NCBI GenBank assembly: GCA_035578025.1
Contig: DATJYJ010000026.1
Coordinates: 6,983-70,982 of the forward strand
Source: Verrucomicrobiia bacterium
GTDB lineage: Bacteria > Acidobacteriota > Terriglobia > Bryobacterales > Bryobacteraceae
Reading direction: 5' to 3'
DNA length: 64,000 nucleotides
The notes below the pieces were generated by a model. That model had not been told where the DNA came from and did no database searches. It saw nothing but the letters and a program-made list of their open reading frames with translations. Positions 41,298-50,217 of this stretch are shown here, piece by piece. Both the position numbers and the translations under genes were made by a program. How positions within the stretch are numbered: the stretch's first letter is position 1; every line of letters starts with the position of its first letter.

Positions 41298-42032
41298 GTG
41301 CGGATCCAGGTGATCAGTTGCGAGGTGATGTTCCGCGAGATCTGCCATCTCGCGGCGCGGTCCCGCAACCAGGTGGATCTCGAGTTTCTTCCCAAGGGCC
41401 TTCATGACTTGAAGAGCGCGGACATGTCCGAGCGCCTGCAGCAGCAGGTGGACCGCGCTTCGGCGGCGAACTATGAGGCGATCGCGATGGCGTACGCTCT
41501 GTGCGGCAACGGCCTCGCGGGGCTTCGCGCGCGGTCCATCCCGCTGGTGGTGCCGCGGGCGCACGATTGCATCGCGTTGCTGATGGGCGGGCAGGATCGC
41601 TACCGGCGGTACTTCGAAAGCAACCGCGGCGTGTACTTCAAGAGCAGCGGCTGGGTCGAGCGCGGCGTCACCGCCAGCCAACTCACCGGTTACGGGATGG
41701 ACATGGCGGAGCTCATCGCGAAGTACGGGGAAGAGAATGCGCGATACCTGTACGAGGAACTGAACCGCTACCGGCAGACGTATCACAAATTCACGTATAT
41801 CGAGATGGGCATCGAGCCGGACGACCGATTCGAGAAAAGCACCCGCGCGGAGGCCGCCGAACGCGGCTGGGAGGTCGAGAAGATCGCGGGCGACCTGGCG
41901 TGGCTGCGCCGCCTGGTGGATGGTGACTGGATCCCGGCGGAATTCCTGGTGGTCCCGCCGGGCCACCGCATTGCGCCGACCTGGGACGATCGAATCGTGG
42001 AGGCGGTGGATGAAACTGAGGAGGGTGGATGA
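41298..42032 (+). CDS. DUF1638 domain protein
   Basis: MRIQVISCEVMFREI...YALCGNGL...PRAHDCIALLMG pattern as recalled for DUF1638, a family usually found beside corrinoid methyltransferase genes. GTG start. Confidence 0.75.
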   Translation: MRIQVISCEVMFREICHLAARSRNQVDLEFLPKGLHDLKSADMSERLQQQVDRASAANYEAIAMAYALCGNGLAGLRARSIPLVVPRAHDCIALLMGGQDRYRRYFESNRGVYFKSSGWVERGVTASQLTGYGMDMAELIAKYGEENARYLYEELNRYRQTYHKFTYIEMGIEPDDRFEKSTRAEAAERGWEVEKIAGDLAWLRRLVDGDWIPAEFLVVPPGHRIAPTWDDRIVEAVDETEEGG

Positions 42033-42396
42033 CTTGGTCCGGCCGCGCCGCCTCTAACCTGTCGGGTGTTGCCACGCTTTGCTGCATCGCGAAGGACGCT
42101 TCGTAGATATGCGGCGTCAACGACGAAGGAAATCAGTTGATCTACCGCACCGAGGGCGGGCATCGCAGCGGCAATGAAGCAGACGGTCTCAAAACTTGTA
42201 TCGGTGGTAGAAGCGCGCAATCTTTGCAACATCAGGATCACGGACTGTCCCCGGAACGATTCGGAACGGAGAGTCCCGTTGCCGGAATGTTGGGGTTCCG
42301 GTTAACCTTGGCCGACCCGCCGGACACGCCTTCAACTCGGCGAGCCCTTCGCGTACAATGTCATCCTGAAGTTCGGCCATCCATACAGGAGATTCC

Positions 42397-43443
42397 ATGA
42401 AACGAGTTATTGTCCCGCCGGTCGCTCTCTTCGCATTGGCGCTCGCCCCGGCGTTTGCGCAACGCAAGGCGACCATCCAAAATGTCCCGGAAATTCCGTT
42501 TACCAGCGTGCCAAACTTCCTGAAACTCCCTCCGGGCGAGTACCTGGGTGAGGCCGTAGCGGTGGCCACCAATTCCAAGGGCCACATCTTCGTCTTCCAC
42601 CGGAGCAACAACAACCGGCTCTTTGAATTCGACCAGAACGGCAAGTTCGTCAAGGAAATCGGCGGCGGATTTCTCGGCTTTGAATTCGCCCATTCGGTGC
42701 GCGTCGATAAGGACGACAATATCTGGACCGTCGACGAAGGCTCGAACATGGTCACCAAGTTCAGTCCCGAAGGCAAAGTGCTGATGGTGCTAGGCAGACG
42801 ACCTCTCGCCGTCCTGGGCGTGTTGCCTGCCGCTCCGCAGCCGCCGAATCGTACCGCGCAAAAATACGAATTCTGCCGGCCGACCGACATCGGCTGGGAC
42901 CCGCAGGGCAACATCTTTATCTCCGATGGCTACTGCAATAACCGCGTCGTGAAGTATGACAAGGATGGCCGCTTCCTTGCGCAGGCAGGCAGTGAAAAGG
43001 CCGGCAACGCTCTGGGAGAATTCAACTTGCCCCACGGATTGCAGGTGGACCTCCAAGGCAACGTCTGGGTGGCCGACCGCACCAACAACCGCTATCAGGT
43101 GCTCGACAACAACCTGAAGCCCATACGGGAGATCACCGACGTCGGCGTCGGCTGGACAGTCTGTGTTTCCGGCGGCCCGCACCAGTACGTCTTCTTCTCA
43201 AATTCGAATCCGAACGGCAACATGCCCGGAACGTGGGACATCACCGGCGAGATCTACAAGGCCGAGCTCGACGGCAAAGTGCTCGGCAGGTTCGGACGCC
43301 CCGGCAAGGCCGCGCCGGGCTTCCAGGTGGTCCACATGATCGATTGCCGCAACCCGAATGAGATCATCGTTGGCGAGATCGAATCGTGGCGCGTGCAGAA
43401 GCTGATTCTCAAACCACCCGCGGGCAACGGTGGAGCGCAGTAA
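42397..43443 (+). CDS. Secreted NHL-repeat six-bladed beta-propeller (PAL-like), paralog 1
   Basis: Signal peptide, then repeats such as NRVVKYDKDGRFL and FNLPHGLQVDLQGNVWVADRTNNRYQVLD. Confidence 0.85.
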   Translation: MKRVIVPPVALFALALAPAFAQRKATIQNVPEIPFTSVPNFLKLPPGEYLGEAVAVATNSKGHIFVFHRSNNNRLFEFDQNGKFVKEIGGGFLGFEFAHSVRVDKDDNIWTVDEGSNMVTKFSPEGKVLMVLGRRPLAVLGVLPAAPQPPNRTAQKYEFCRPTDIGWDPQGNIFISDGYCNNRVVKYDKDGRFLAQAGSEKAGNALGEFNLPHGLQVDLQGNVWVADRTNNRYQVLDNNLKPIREITDVGVGWTVCVSGGPHQYVFFSNSNPNGNMPGTWDITGEIYKAELDGKVLGRFGRPGKAAPGFQVVHMIDCRNPNEIIVGEIESWRVQKLILKPPAGNGGAQ

Positions 43444-43456
43444 CCAGGAGAACCCC

Positions 43457-44488
43457 ATGAACATCACCTTGAAGATCCTGACGGCCACACTCGCTGGCGG
43501 ATTGCTCGCCCCCGCGCTCGCCCAGAACCCGGCGCCGGAGATCAAATTCGATTCCGTCCCAAACGCGATTCAGTTGCCCGCCAGCCTGTATCTCGGTGAA
43601 GTCGCGGGGGTCGCCACCAATTCCAAGGGTGACATCTTCGTCTATACGCGCACGGGGCATCCCACCGTCACCATCGGGACTATGCGGCCTTTCGCGCACG
43701 GCGGCTCGCGGATGTTCCAGTTCGACCGCGCGGGTAAGTACGTGCGCGAGATCGGCAAAGATACCTACGGATTCATGGCTGCCGCCCAGGTGCGCGTCGA
43801 CTCTGCCGACAATGTCTGGGCGGTCGACGAGATGAGCAACATGGTCATGAAGTTCGATCCGGAGGGACGCGTCGCCATGCTTCTCGGACGCAAGGCGGAA
43901 TCGGAGTTCATTCCGCCGCGCGCTCCAGCCGGAGACGGCGCGGGACAGCCCACCGATCTTTTCAACCGGCCCACCGACGTGGCGTGGGACGCCGCAGGCA
44001 ATATATTCGTCGCCGATGGCGCCGGCAACGCGCGCATCGCAAAGTTTGATAAAGATGGGAAGTTCGTGAAGTCCTGGGGCAAAAGGGGTACAGGACCCGG
44101 CGAGTTTGCCAACGTTCTGAGTATTGCGGTGGACGCTCAGGGTAACGTCTACGCCGGCGATGGCGGCAACCGACGCATCCAGGTGTTTGACAACAGCGGC
44201 GTCTTCAAGACCGCGTTTTCAGACTTCGGCAACCCGCAGGCGATGTGTATCAGCAAGGGAGCGAATCCCGTCCTCTACGTTTCCAATTCCAATCCGTGGA
44301 ACGATATCGATGTCGCCGGTGAGATATTCAAGATGCGCCTGGACGGAACGGTCCTCGGCAAATTTGGCCGTGCCGGAAGGCTGCTCAAGGAATTCGGGGC
44401 GGTCAACTCCATCGATTGCCGTAGCGAAAGCACTCTCTTTGTCGGTGAGCTTGCCAATCTGCGTGTGCAGAAACTCGTGCTCCATTAA
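43457..44488 (+). CDS. Secreted NHL-repeat six-bladed beta-propeller (PAL-like), paralog 2
   Basis: Trimmed to the ATG at 43457 with AGGAG upstream. ARIAKFDKDGKFVKSWGKRGTGPGEF and GGNRRIQVFDNSG repeats. Collinear with paralog 1. Confidence 0.85.
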   Translation: MNITLKILTATLAGGLLAPALAQNPAPEIKFDSVPNAIQLPASLYLGEVAGVATNSKGDIFVYTRTGHPTVTIGTMRPFAHGGSRMFQFDRAGKYVREIGKDTYGFMAAAQVRVDSADNVWAVDEMSNMVMKFDPEGRVAMLLGRKAESEFIPPRAPAGDGAGQPTDLFNRPTDVAWDAAGNIFVADGAGNARIAKFDKDGKFVKSWGKRGTGPGEFANVLSIAVDAQGNVYAGDGGNRRIQVFDNSGVFKTAFSDFGNPQAMCISKGANPVLYVSNSNPWNDIDVAGEIFKMRLDGTVLGKFGRAGRLLKEFGAVNSIDCRSESTLFVGELANLRVQKLVLH

Positions 44489-45633
44489 ACCCTGGCTTCG
44501 TCAATCCCGAGCCACAACAGGGCAGCTACGACAGCCGCGGCCGCGGACACCATCAGGGCGGCGTCCCATCCCATCCATCTGGCGAGGATCGGAGTGAGCG
44601 CGGGGGATATGAACCCGCCGAGGTTGCTACCCATATTCATGACGCCGCCGGCGCTTCCGGCGCGCTCGCCGGCGATCCGGGTCATGGTGGCCCAGAACGG
44701 CCCCTCGACGCTGAGCACCAGCGCCGTGGCCAGCGCCAGGCAGACCGCCGCCACCCACGCGCTGCCGGTGTTCGCGCCGGCGGCGATCAGCAGCCCGGAG
44801 CCTCCGAGGCCGGCGATGGGCACCAGGTTTCGCCGCGCGCCCAGGCGGTCGTAGAGCGCGCCGCCGAGCGGGATCGAAACGATCGAGAGCAGCCAGGGAA
44901 GGGATCCGAAGAGCGCGCCACGGAGCAGATCGAAGTGGCGGACATCCACCAGGTACAGGTAGAACCAGAAAACGAAGATGTAGCCGACATAGCCCTGCAG
45001 CGTGTAGCTGAGCGTGAGCAGGAAGAAAGCGCGAGAACGCGGCATCGGAGCGCGCGCTTTGGCTTGGACCGGCCGGTGCGCGGGAGTTGGCACGGCCAGC
45101 CAGGTGAGGCCGGCGGCAAGCGCGGGCACGGCTGAGACCAGCAGCGCGGCACGCCATCCGGAGCGGGTCATGACGTAGGTGACCAGCGGAGGCGCGATCG
45201 CCGAACCCAGCCCGATGGCCGCGACCACGGCGCCGTTGGCCAGGCCGCGGGCGCCCTCCGGCATCCAGCGCGAGATGGCCTGCGCCGAAGCCGGGAAGGT
45301 GGGCGCCTCGGCGACACCGAGAAAGAGACGCGCCGCGAGCAGCGACACCACACCCATGCCCGGCGCGGACATCCAGGCGATCGAGACCACCCACGCCAGC
45401 GCGGACCACGTCAGCACGCGCGCCGCGCCGAACCGGTCGGCGAGCATGCCTCCGGGGATCTGGCAGAACGCGTAGCCGAGCAGGAACGCGCTGAAGATGC
45501 GTCCCATGACCTCTTGCGAGAGGCCGAATTCCTTCATCATCTGCACGCCGGCCACGGAGACATTGACCCGGCACAGGTAGCTCGCGGTGGCCGTCAACGA
45601 CAGCAGGGCCACGAGCCGCCAGCCGCGGCTCAC
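44485..45633 (-). CDS. MFS transporter
   Basis: 12-TM-like protein. The start is set at the GTG at 45633, which forms a GTGA overlap with the GNAT stop. The track start at 45765 would lie inside the GNAT gene. Confidence 0.8.
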   Translation of the reverse strand: MSRGWRLVALLSLTATASYLCRVNVSVAGVQMMKEFGLSQEVMGRIFSAFLLGYAFCQIPGGMLADRFGAARVLTWSALAWVVSIAWMSAPGMGVVSLLAARLFLGVAEAPTFPASAQAISRWMPEGARGLANGAVVAAIGLGSAIAPPLVTYVMTRSGWRAALLVSAVPALAAGLTWLAVPTPAHRPVQAKARAPMPRSRAFFLLTLSYTLQGYVGYIFVFWFYLYLVDVRHFDLLRGALFGSLPWLLSIVSIPLGGALYDRLGARRNLVPIAGLGGSGLLIAAGANTGSAWVAAVCLALATALVLSVEGPFWATMTRIAGERAGSAGGVMNMGSNLGGFISPALTPILARWMGWDAALMVSAAAAVVAALLWLGIDEARV

Positions 45634-46190
45634 CCGCGCACCAGCCGTTTGTGCATGAGGACTTCGCTCGCGCCCTCGATCACGTAATCGGGCAGTTCTC
45701 CGACAGCCCGGTATCCCAGTCGCTCGTAGAGCAGGCGTGCGCGCTGGTTGAACGACGAGACGCACAGGAACATGTGGCGCGCGCCCGGGTAGTGCGCCTC
45801 GGCGAATTTCACCAGCGCCGTGCCGACACCTCCGCCGCGCGCTTCGGCGGCCACAGCAATCGAAGCGATGTAGGGCGACCCAGCCACACCGGTCGGGTGG
45901 AGAAGCACAAAACCCAACAGCGTCGCATCTCTACGCGCGACAAACACCTCGAGCTCGCTGCACCGGACGCGGGCCAGGCAGGCGTCGTATTCACGGCCCA
46001 GCGTGATCCACGGGTCGGTGGAGGCCATGACGCGAGCGCACCACGGAAGGTCAGTCTCCGCCGCCGGGGAGATCCGTAGCTCCGGCGCGCCGGCGCCCAC
46101 TCGCGACTCCGCGTCATTCACGCTAAGAATTGTAACTTCCGGCGCCCGGCGGCTTGCAGAATTTCTATAATCAGACCATGGACTCCGCAT
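45630..46190 (-). CDS. GNAT-family N-acetyltransferase
   Basis: IAVAAEARGGGVGTALV acetyl-CoA-binding motif. The start is uncertain (ATG at 46190 or in-frame GTG at 46121). Confidence 0.8.
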   Translation of the reverse strand: MRSPWSDYRNSASRRAPEVTILSVNDAESRVGAGAPELRISPAAETDLPWCARVMASTDPWITLGREYDACLARVRCSELEVFVARRDATLLGFVLLHPTGVAGSPYIASIAVAAEARGGGVGTALVKFAEAHYPGARHMFLCVSSFNQRARLLYERLGYRAVGELPDYVIEGASEVLMHKRLVRG

Positions 46191-46564
46191 CCGGCCCCTT
46201 CAAGGTCTGCGGATCGTGCAGACGCGCCTGGCCGACTTGGGATGGATTTGTCCAGGATCCCGACGTGCGCCTGCTGGGCCTGCAATCCCTGGCCACTCAT
46301 CCCGGCTCGAACCTGATCGTCTTCGAGCACAGTTGCGGCAGTTCGATCTCGGTCCTGGCGCGGCGCCTGCGCCATCTCCTGCCCGAACCTGATTCCGGTG
46401 CTCCGCTGCCGGTGCTGTTCGGCACTGCCGAATGCCGGGGACACTGCCGCTCCCTGCAAGACCTGGAGGCCTGCGATGCGCCGTGCGCCAACGTTCGCGA
46501 CCGCGCGCTGGTCCTGCTCATTCATTGCCTGAAAAAAGCGGCGCCGGATTGCGTGAGGGCCTGA
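46178..46564 (+). CDS. Cys-rich hypothetical protein (128 aa)
   Basis: ATG at 46178. CGSC...C...C..HC...C..PC pattern. GC3-rich codons. No family was recognised. Confidence 0.5.
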   Translation: MDSASGPFKVCGSCRRAWPTWDGFVQDPDVRLLGLQSLATHPGSNLIVFEHSCGSSISVLARRLRHLLPEPDSGAPLPVLFGTAECRGHCRSLQDLEACDAPCANVRDRALVLLIHCLKKAAPDCVRA

Positions 46565-46631
46565 AAAAACGCGGTTCGTGTGCGCTTCAGCTCCTGAGAA
46601 CAGCCTGCTATACTCTGAGCCGGAAAGAACG

Positions 46632-47642
46632 ATGAACCGCAAGCTTCTCTCGCTGGCGTTCGGCGGCCTGTTCCTCGTCTCTGGACTGACCGCACAAAAT
46701 CTGAAAGTCGTGTATCTCTCGCGTCTCGGGCACGAGTGCTACCTGCGCATGCAGGCCGCCGTTCCCAATGTCACTCTGATCGAAGGAGACCGCTCGAAGG
46801 TGGCGGCCCAACTGGCGGATGCCGACGGCGTGATCGGCCCGTTCGATCTCAAGCTGCTCAGCGGCGCTCCCAAGCTGAAGTGGATCCAGTCGGAGAGCGC
46901 GGGCGTGGAGAACTTCACGTTCCTGCCGGGATTCGCGCAGAGCAAGATCGTGCTGACGAACAACAAGATCCTGCAAGGTCCCGAGATTGCCGATCACGCG
47001 CTCGGCCTGCTGCTGGCGCTCACCAGAGGCATCGCGATCGCGGCCCGCGGCGGCAGCGAGGAATGGAACCAGAGGAACTATCACCCTATCGAGCTGCGCG
47101 GCAAGACCGCGGTGATCGTGGGCGTGGGCGGCATCGGCACGCAGATCGCGCTGCGCCTGCACGCCTCCGGCATGACGGTCATCGGCGTCGACCCCAAGGA
47201 CTTCCCGTACAACACCTATCTCGCGCGCACCGTGGCTCCCGACCGCCTGGATTCCGTGCTGCCCGAGGCCGACGTGGTCTTCATTTCGGCTCCGCTCACC
47301 CCGCGGAGCCGCAAGATGATGGGACCGCGCGAATTCGAGCTGATGAAGCCGAATTCGTATTTCATCGCGGTATCGCGCGGCGGCATCTACGATACCGACG
47401 CCCTGGTGAAAGCGCTCGACAGCAAGCGGCTGGCGGGCGCGGGCCTGGATGTCACTGACCCCGAGCCGCTGCCCAAGGGCCATCCGCTCTGGAAATTCCC
47501 CAACGTCCTGATCACGCCGCACATCGCCGGGCGTTCGGATGGCGAGAATGCGCGCTACGAGGCCTTGTACATCGAGAACCTCAAGCGATTCGCCGCGGGC
47601 GAGCCGCTATTGAACGTGGTGGATAAAGAGAAGGGCTACTGA
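46632..47642 (+). CDS. D-isomer-specific 2-hydroxyacid dehydrogenase family protein with an N-terminal signal-like segment
   Basis: Trimmed to the ATG at 46632 (MNRKLLSLAFGGLFLVSGLTAQ). NAD motif IVGVGGIGTQIA and C-terminal ITPHIAG. Confidence 0.85.
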   Translation: MNRKLLSLAFGGLFLVSGLTAQNLKVVYLSRLGHECYLRMQAAVPNVTLIEGDRSKVAAQLADADGVIGPFDLKLLSGAPKLKWIQSESAGVENFTFLPGFAQSKIVLTNNKILQGPEIADHALGLLLALTRGIAIAARGGSEEWNQRNYHPIELRGKTAVIVGVGGIGTQIALRLHASGMTVIGVDPKDFPYNTYLARTVAPDRLDSVLPEADVVFISAPLTPRSRKMMGPREFELMKPNSYFIAVSRGGIYDTDALVKALDSKRLAGAGLDVTDPEPLPKGHPLWKFPNVLITPHIAGRSDGENARYEALYIENLKRFAAGEPLLNVVDKEKGY

Positions 47643-47653
47643 GCGCGGCCGTC

Positions 47654-48844
47654 CTACGCAGCGATCAGGTCTTTGTTGATCGCCACGCCCAGGCCCGGGC
47701 CCTGCGGCAGGTTCAAATAGCCTTCCCGATCCACTAGCGGCGGGTTCTCCATGATCATGAACCCGTTGGTGTAGGCGGCGATGGGCGGATCGTGCAGGAG
47801 CTCGATCCAGGGCGCGTGCGGCCAGGAGGCGATGGCGTGCAACTGGGCGATGGTGCCGAGATTGCCTCCGCCGTGATGCGGAATCAGCCGCTTGTTGTGC
47901 GCCTGGGCCAGGGCCGCGATCTCCCGGAAGCCCGTGACGCCGTCGGCCACCATGACATCTGGCTGTAGGATGTCAAAGACATTCTGTTCGAGCATCCAGC
48001 GGTATTCGTGCACGCCGCGATTGTTCTCGCCGCCCGCGATGGGAATGGCCACCAGGCGGTTCAACTCCGCCAGCTCGTCGAAGGCATAGCGCAGCCGCGG
48101 CTCTTCCAGCCACATGCAATTCAGCCGTTCCAGTTCTCGAGCGGTCTCCAGCGCGCGGCGAAAATCCCACATTACGCCCGGCTGCCAGGTTCCGAACGAC
48201 TGCGCCTGGTTGGCGTCCACCATGATCTCCATGTCGTCGCCCACGGCTTTGCGCACCGCTTCCACCAGGCGGACGTCTTCCTTCAACGTCTGGTAATGCG
48301 CGCGGAGCTTGATCGCCTTCCAGCCCTGCGCCTTGAGCTGCCCTGCCATCCGGACCCGTTCGTCCGGAGTGGAAAGCTGGATCATGCTGGCATAGGCCGG
48401 CACGCGGTCCTTGGCCGCGCCCCAGAGTTTGTAGAGCGGCTGGCCGGCAGCTTTGCCGATGAGGTCCCAGAGCGCGATTTCCAGGCTCGCAACGTTGCGC
48501 GAGCTCTGGCCGACGTAGTAACGCAGCGGACCGGCAAGTTGCTCGATGGCGAACGGGTCCTTGCCCACGAGCTGTGCTTTGGCCGTCTCCAGCGCGCCGC
48601 CGTCGATCGCCGGGCCGATACCCGAGAGTCCCTGATCGGTGTGGATCTCGATGATCGAGCCCCCGCCAATCCGGTGCGTGGTCACGGTTCCCGGATTCCA
48701 TGCCGCTTCCATCTTCCCGGTCTCGCGGACGCTCTTCAGATTCACGATCCGCATGTCGGTGATTTTGACGCGAGGCGCGGAGCGCAACTGCGGCACGAGA
48801 CTCACCGGCAGGACCGACTTCAGAAAACTTCGCCGCTGCATCAT
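47654..48844 (-). CDS. TAT-exported enolase-superfamily enzyme (mandelate racemase/muconate lactonizing family)
   Basis: Start at the ATG at 48844 with AAGGAGG upstream. TAT signal MMQRRSFLKSVLP. Metal-ligand regions IMVDANQA, WLEEP and ILQPD. Confidence 0.85.
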   Translation of the reverse strand: MMQRRSFLKSVLPVSLVPQLRSAPRVKITDMRIVNLKSVRETGKMEAAWNPGTVTTHRIGGGSIIEIHTDQGLSGIGPAIDGGALETAKAQLVGKDPFAIEQLAGPLRYYVGQSSRNVASLEIALWDLIGKAAGQPLYKLWGAAKDRVPAYASMIQLSTPDERVRMAGQLKAQGWKAIKLRAHYQTLKEDVRLVEAVRKAVGDDMEIMVDANQAQSFGTWQPGVMWDFRRALETARELERLNCMWLEEPRLRYAFDELAELNRLVAIPIAGGENNRGVHEYRWMLEQNVFDILQPDVMVADGVTGFREIAALAQAHNKRLIPHHGGGNLGTIAQLHAIASWPHAPWIELLHDPPIAAYTNGFMIMENPPLVDREGYLNLPQGPGLGVAINKDLIAA

Positions 48845-48885
48845 GGCAGCCTCCTTTCGGCGTTGAGAAGCACCCGACAACTACT

Positions 48886-50166
48886 CTATCCGGCGTTCAT
48901 GGCATTTTCGAAGAGCCTCGCCAATTCCTCGGGGCCGGCGGGCCGGGGCGAGAGCTTGGTCACCCGGTGCTGCGGGAGCGTCCCTTCGACCAGCGCCGGT
49001 ATATCCTGCGAAGTGTAGCCAATCTCGCGAAGCCCGCCCGGAACCTTCAGACGCTGCATGAACCAGACAATGCGGTCCGCGAGGATGTCTCCGGCGTCTT
49101 CGCGCCGCCGACGCGAGATATCGGCGCCGAGAGCTTCGGCAGCCTCCAGGTGGCGATCCGGCGATGCCTGCGCGGTGTAGCGGAACACCGAGGGCGCGTT
49201 CAGAATCACCGAAAAGCCGTGCGGCACAAGTGGATGATCGGTGGGGTAGCCGGGCGTGAGGTAACTCCTGACCCGCCCCGAGACCGGGTACGACATGCCA
49301 TGCGGCAGATGCACGCCGGCATTTCCGAAGCCGACTCCGGCGTAGCACGCTGCCAGCAACATGTTGGAGCGCGCTTCGTCGTCGGAAGGGTCTTCAACCG
49401 CGCGCACCAGGAAGCGCGAGACCATGCGCAGGGCCTGGAGGGACCAGATGTCGCTGATGGGATTCGATCCCTGGTAGGCCGGGCGCAGAAGGGGGCGCTC
49501 GGGAAGCGGCCGTTGCGTGAAGGGAATCGCGGTGTAGGATTCGACGGCGTGGCTCAGGATGTCCAATCCGGTGGAGGCGGCCACTTGCGGCGGCATGGTG
49601 CGGGTGTTGTCGGGATCCAGAAGTCCGAGCGTGGGCTTGAGGCGGCGGTTTGCAATCCCCGTCTTGGCGTGCAGCTTACTCAGGTCGAAGATGCTGACCC
49701 CGGTGGTCTCACTTCCGGTTCCGGCCGTGGTCGGGATCGCGATCAGCGGCTTCAGAGGCCCGGGCACGGGCAGGCCCTTGCCGATCGGCGGGTTGACGTA
49801 GTCCAGGAAATCGGCGGGAGGGTAGGTCGTGTAGAGATTCACTGCCTTGGCCGTATCGATGGTCGATCCGCCGCCCACCGCGACGATGGCTTCGAACGGC
49901 GCCTGGCGAGCGAAGGCAATGGCATCCAGAAGCGATTCATCGGTGGGCTCGACGCGGACCCGGTCGTACAAGCGGTGCGAGAGGCCATGGGTGTCGAGCG
50001 ATTCGAGGACAGTTTGGACCGGCGGCAGGCGCTTCAACACGAGATCGGTGAGCACCAGCGCGTTGCGGATGCCGAGATCCGCCAGGTCCATGCCGGCCTC
50101 TCTGGTCACTCCCGCGCCGAAGCGGACATTTCCGACTGCCATTTCAAAGGCGATTTCCTGGCTCAT
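48886..50166 (-). CDS. Iron-containing alcohol dehydrogenase family (hydroxyacid-oxoacid transhydrogenase-like)
   Basis: AVGGGSTIDTAKAV, PTTAGTGSE and His-rich metal-site segments. Confidence 0.9.
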   Translation of the reverse strand: MSQEIAFEMAVGNVRFGAGVTREAGMDLADLGIRNALVLTDLVLKRLPPVQTVLESLDTHGLSHRLYDRVRVEPTDESLLDAIAFARQAPFEAIVAVGGGSTIDTAKAVNLYTTYPPADFLDYVNPPIGKGLPVPGPLKPLIAIPTTAGTGSETTGVSIFDLSKLHAKTGIANRRLKPTLGLLDPDNTRTMPPQVAASTGLDILSHAVESYTAIPFTQRPLPERPLLRPAYQGSNPISDIWSLQALRMVSRFLVRAVEDPSDDEARSNMLLAACYAGVGFGNAGVHLPHGMSYPVSGRVRSYLTPGYPTDHPLVPHGFSVILNAPSVFRYTAQASPDRHLEAAEALGADISRRRREDAGDILADRIVWFMQRLKVPGGLREIGYTSQDIPALVEGTLPQHRVTKLSPRPAGPEELARLFENAMNAG

Positions 50167-50217
50167 AGGCGAATGATTCCTATATTAGAGCCAGATTGCG
50201 CGCGGGAACGAGGACGA

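Noticed and set aside
41783-42241. 152-aa minus-strand ORF in the 42-kb intergenic gap
   Set aside because: Most of it is antisense to the 3' end of the DUF1638 gene. There is no ribosome-binding site and no recognisable motif.
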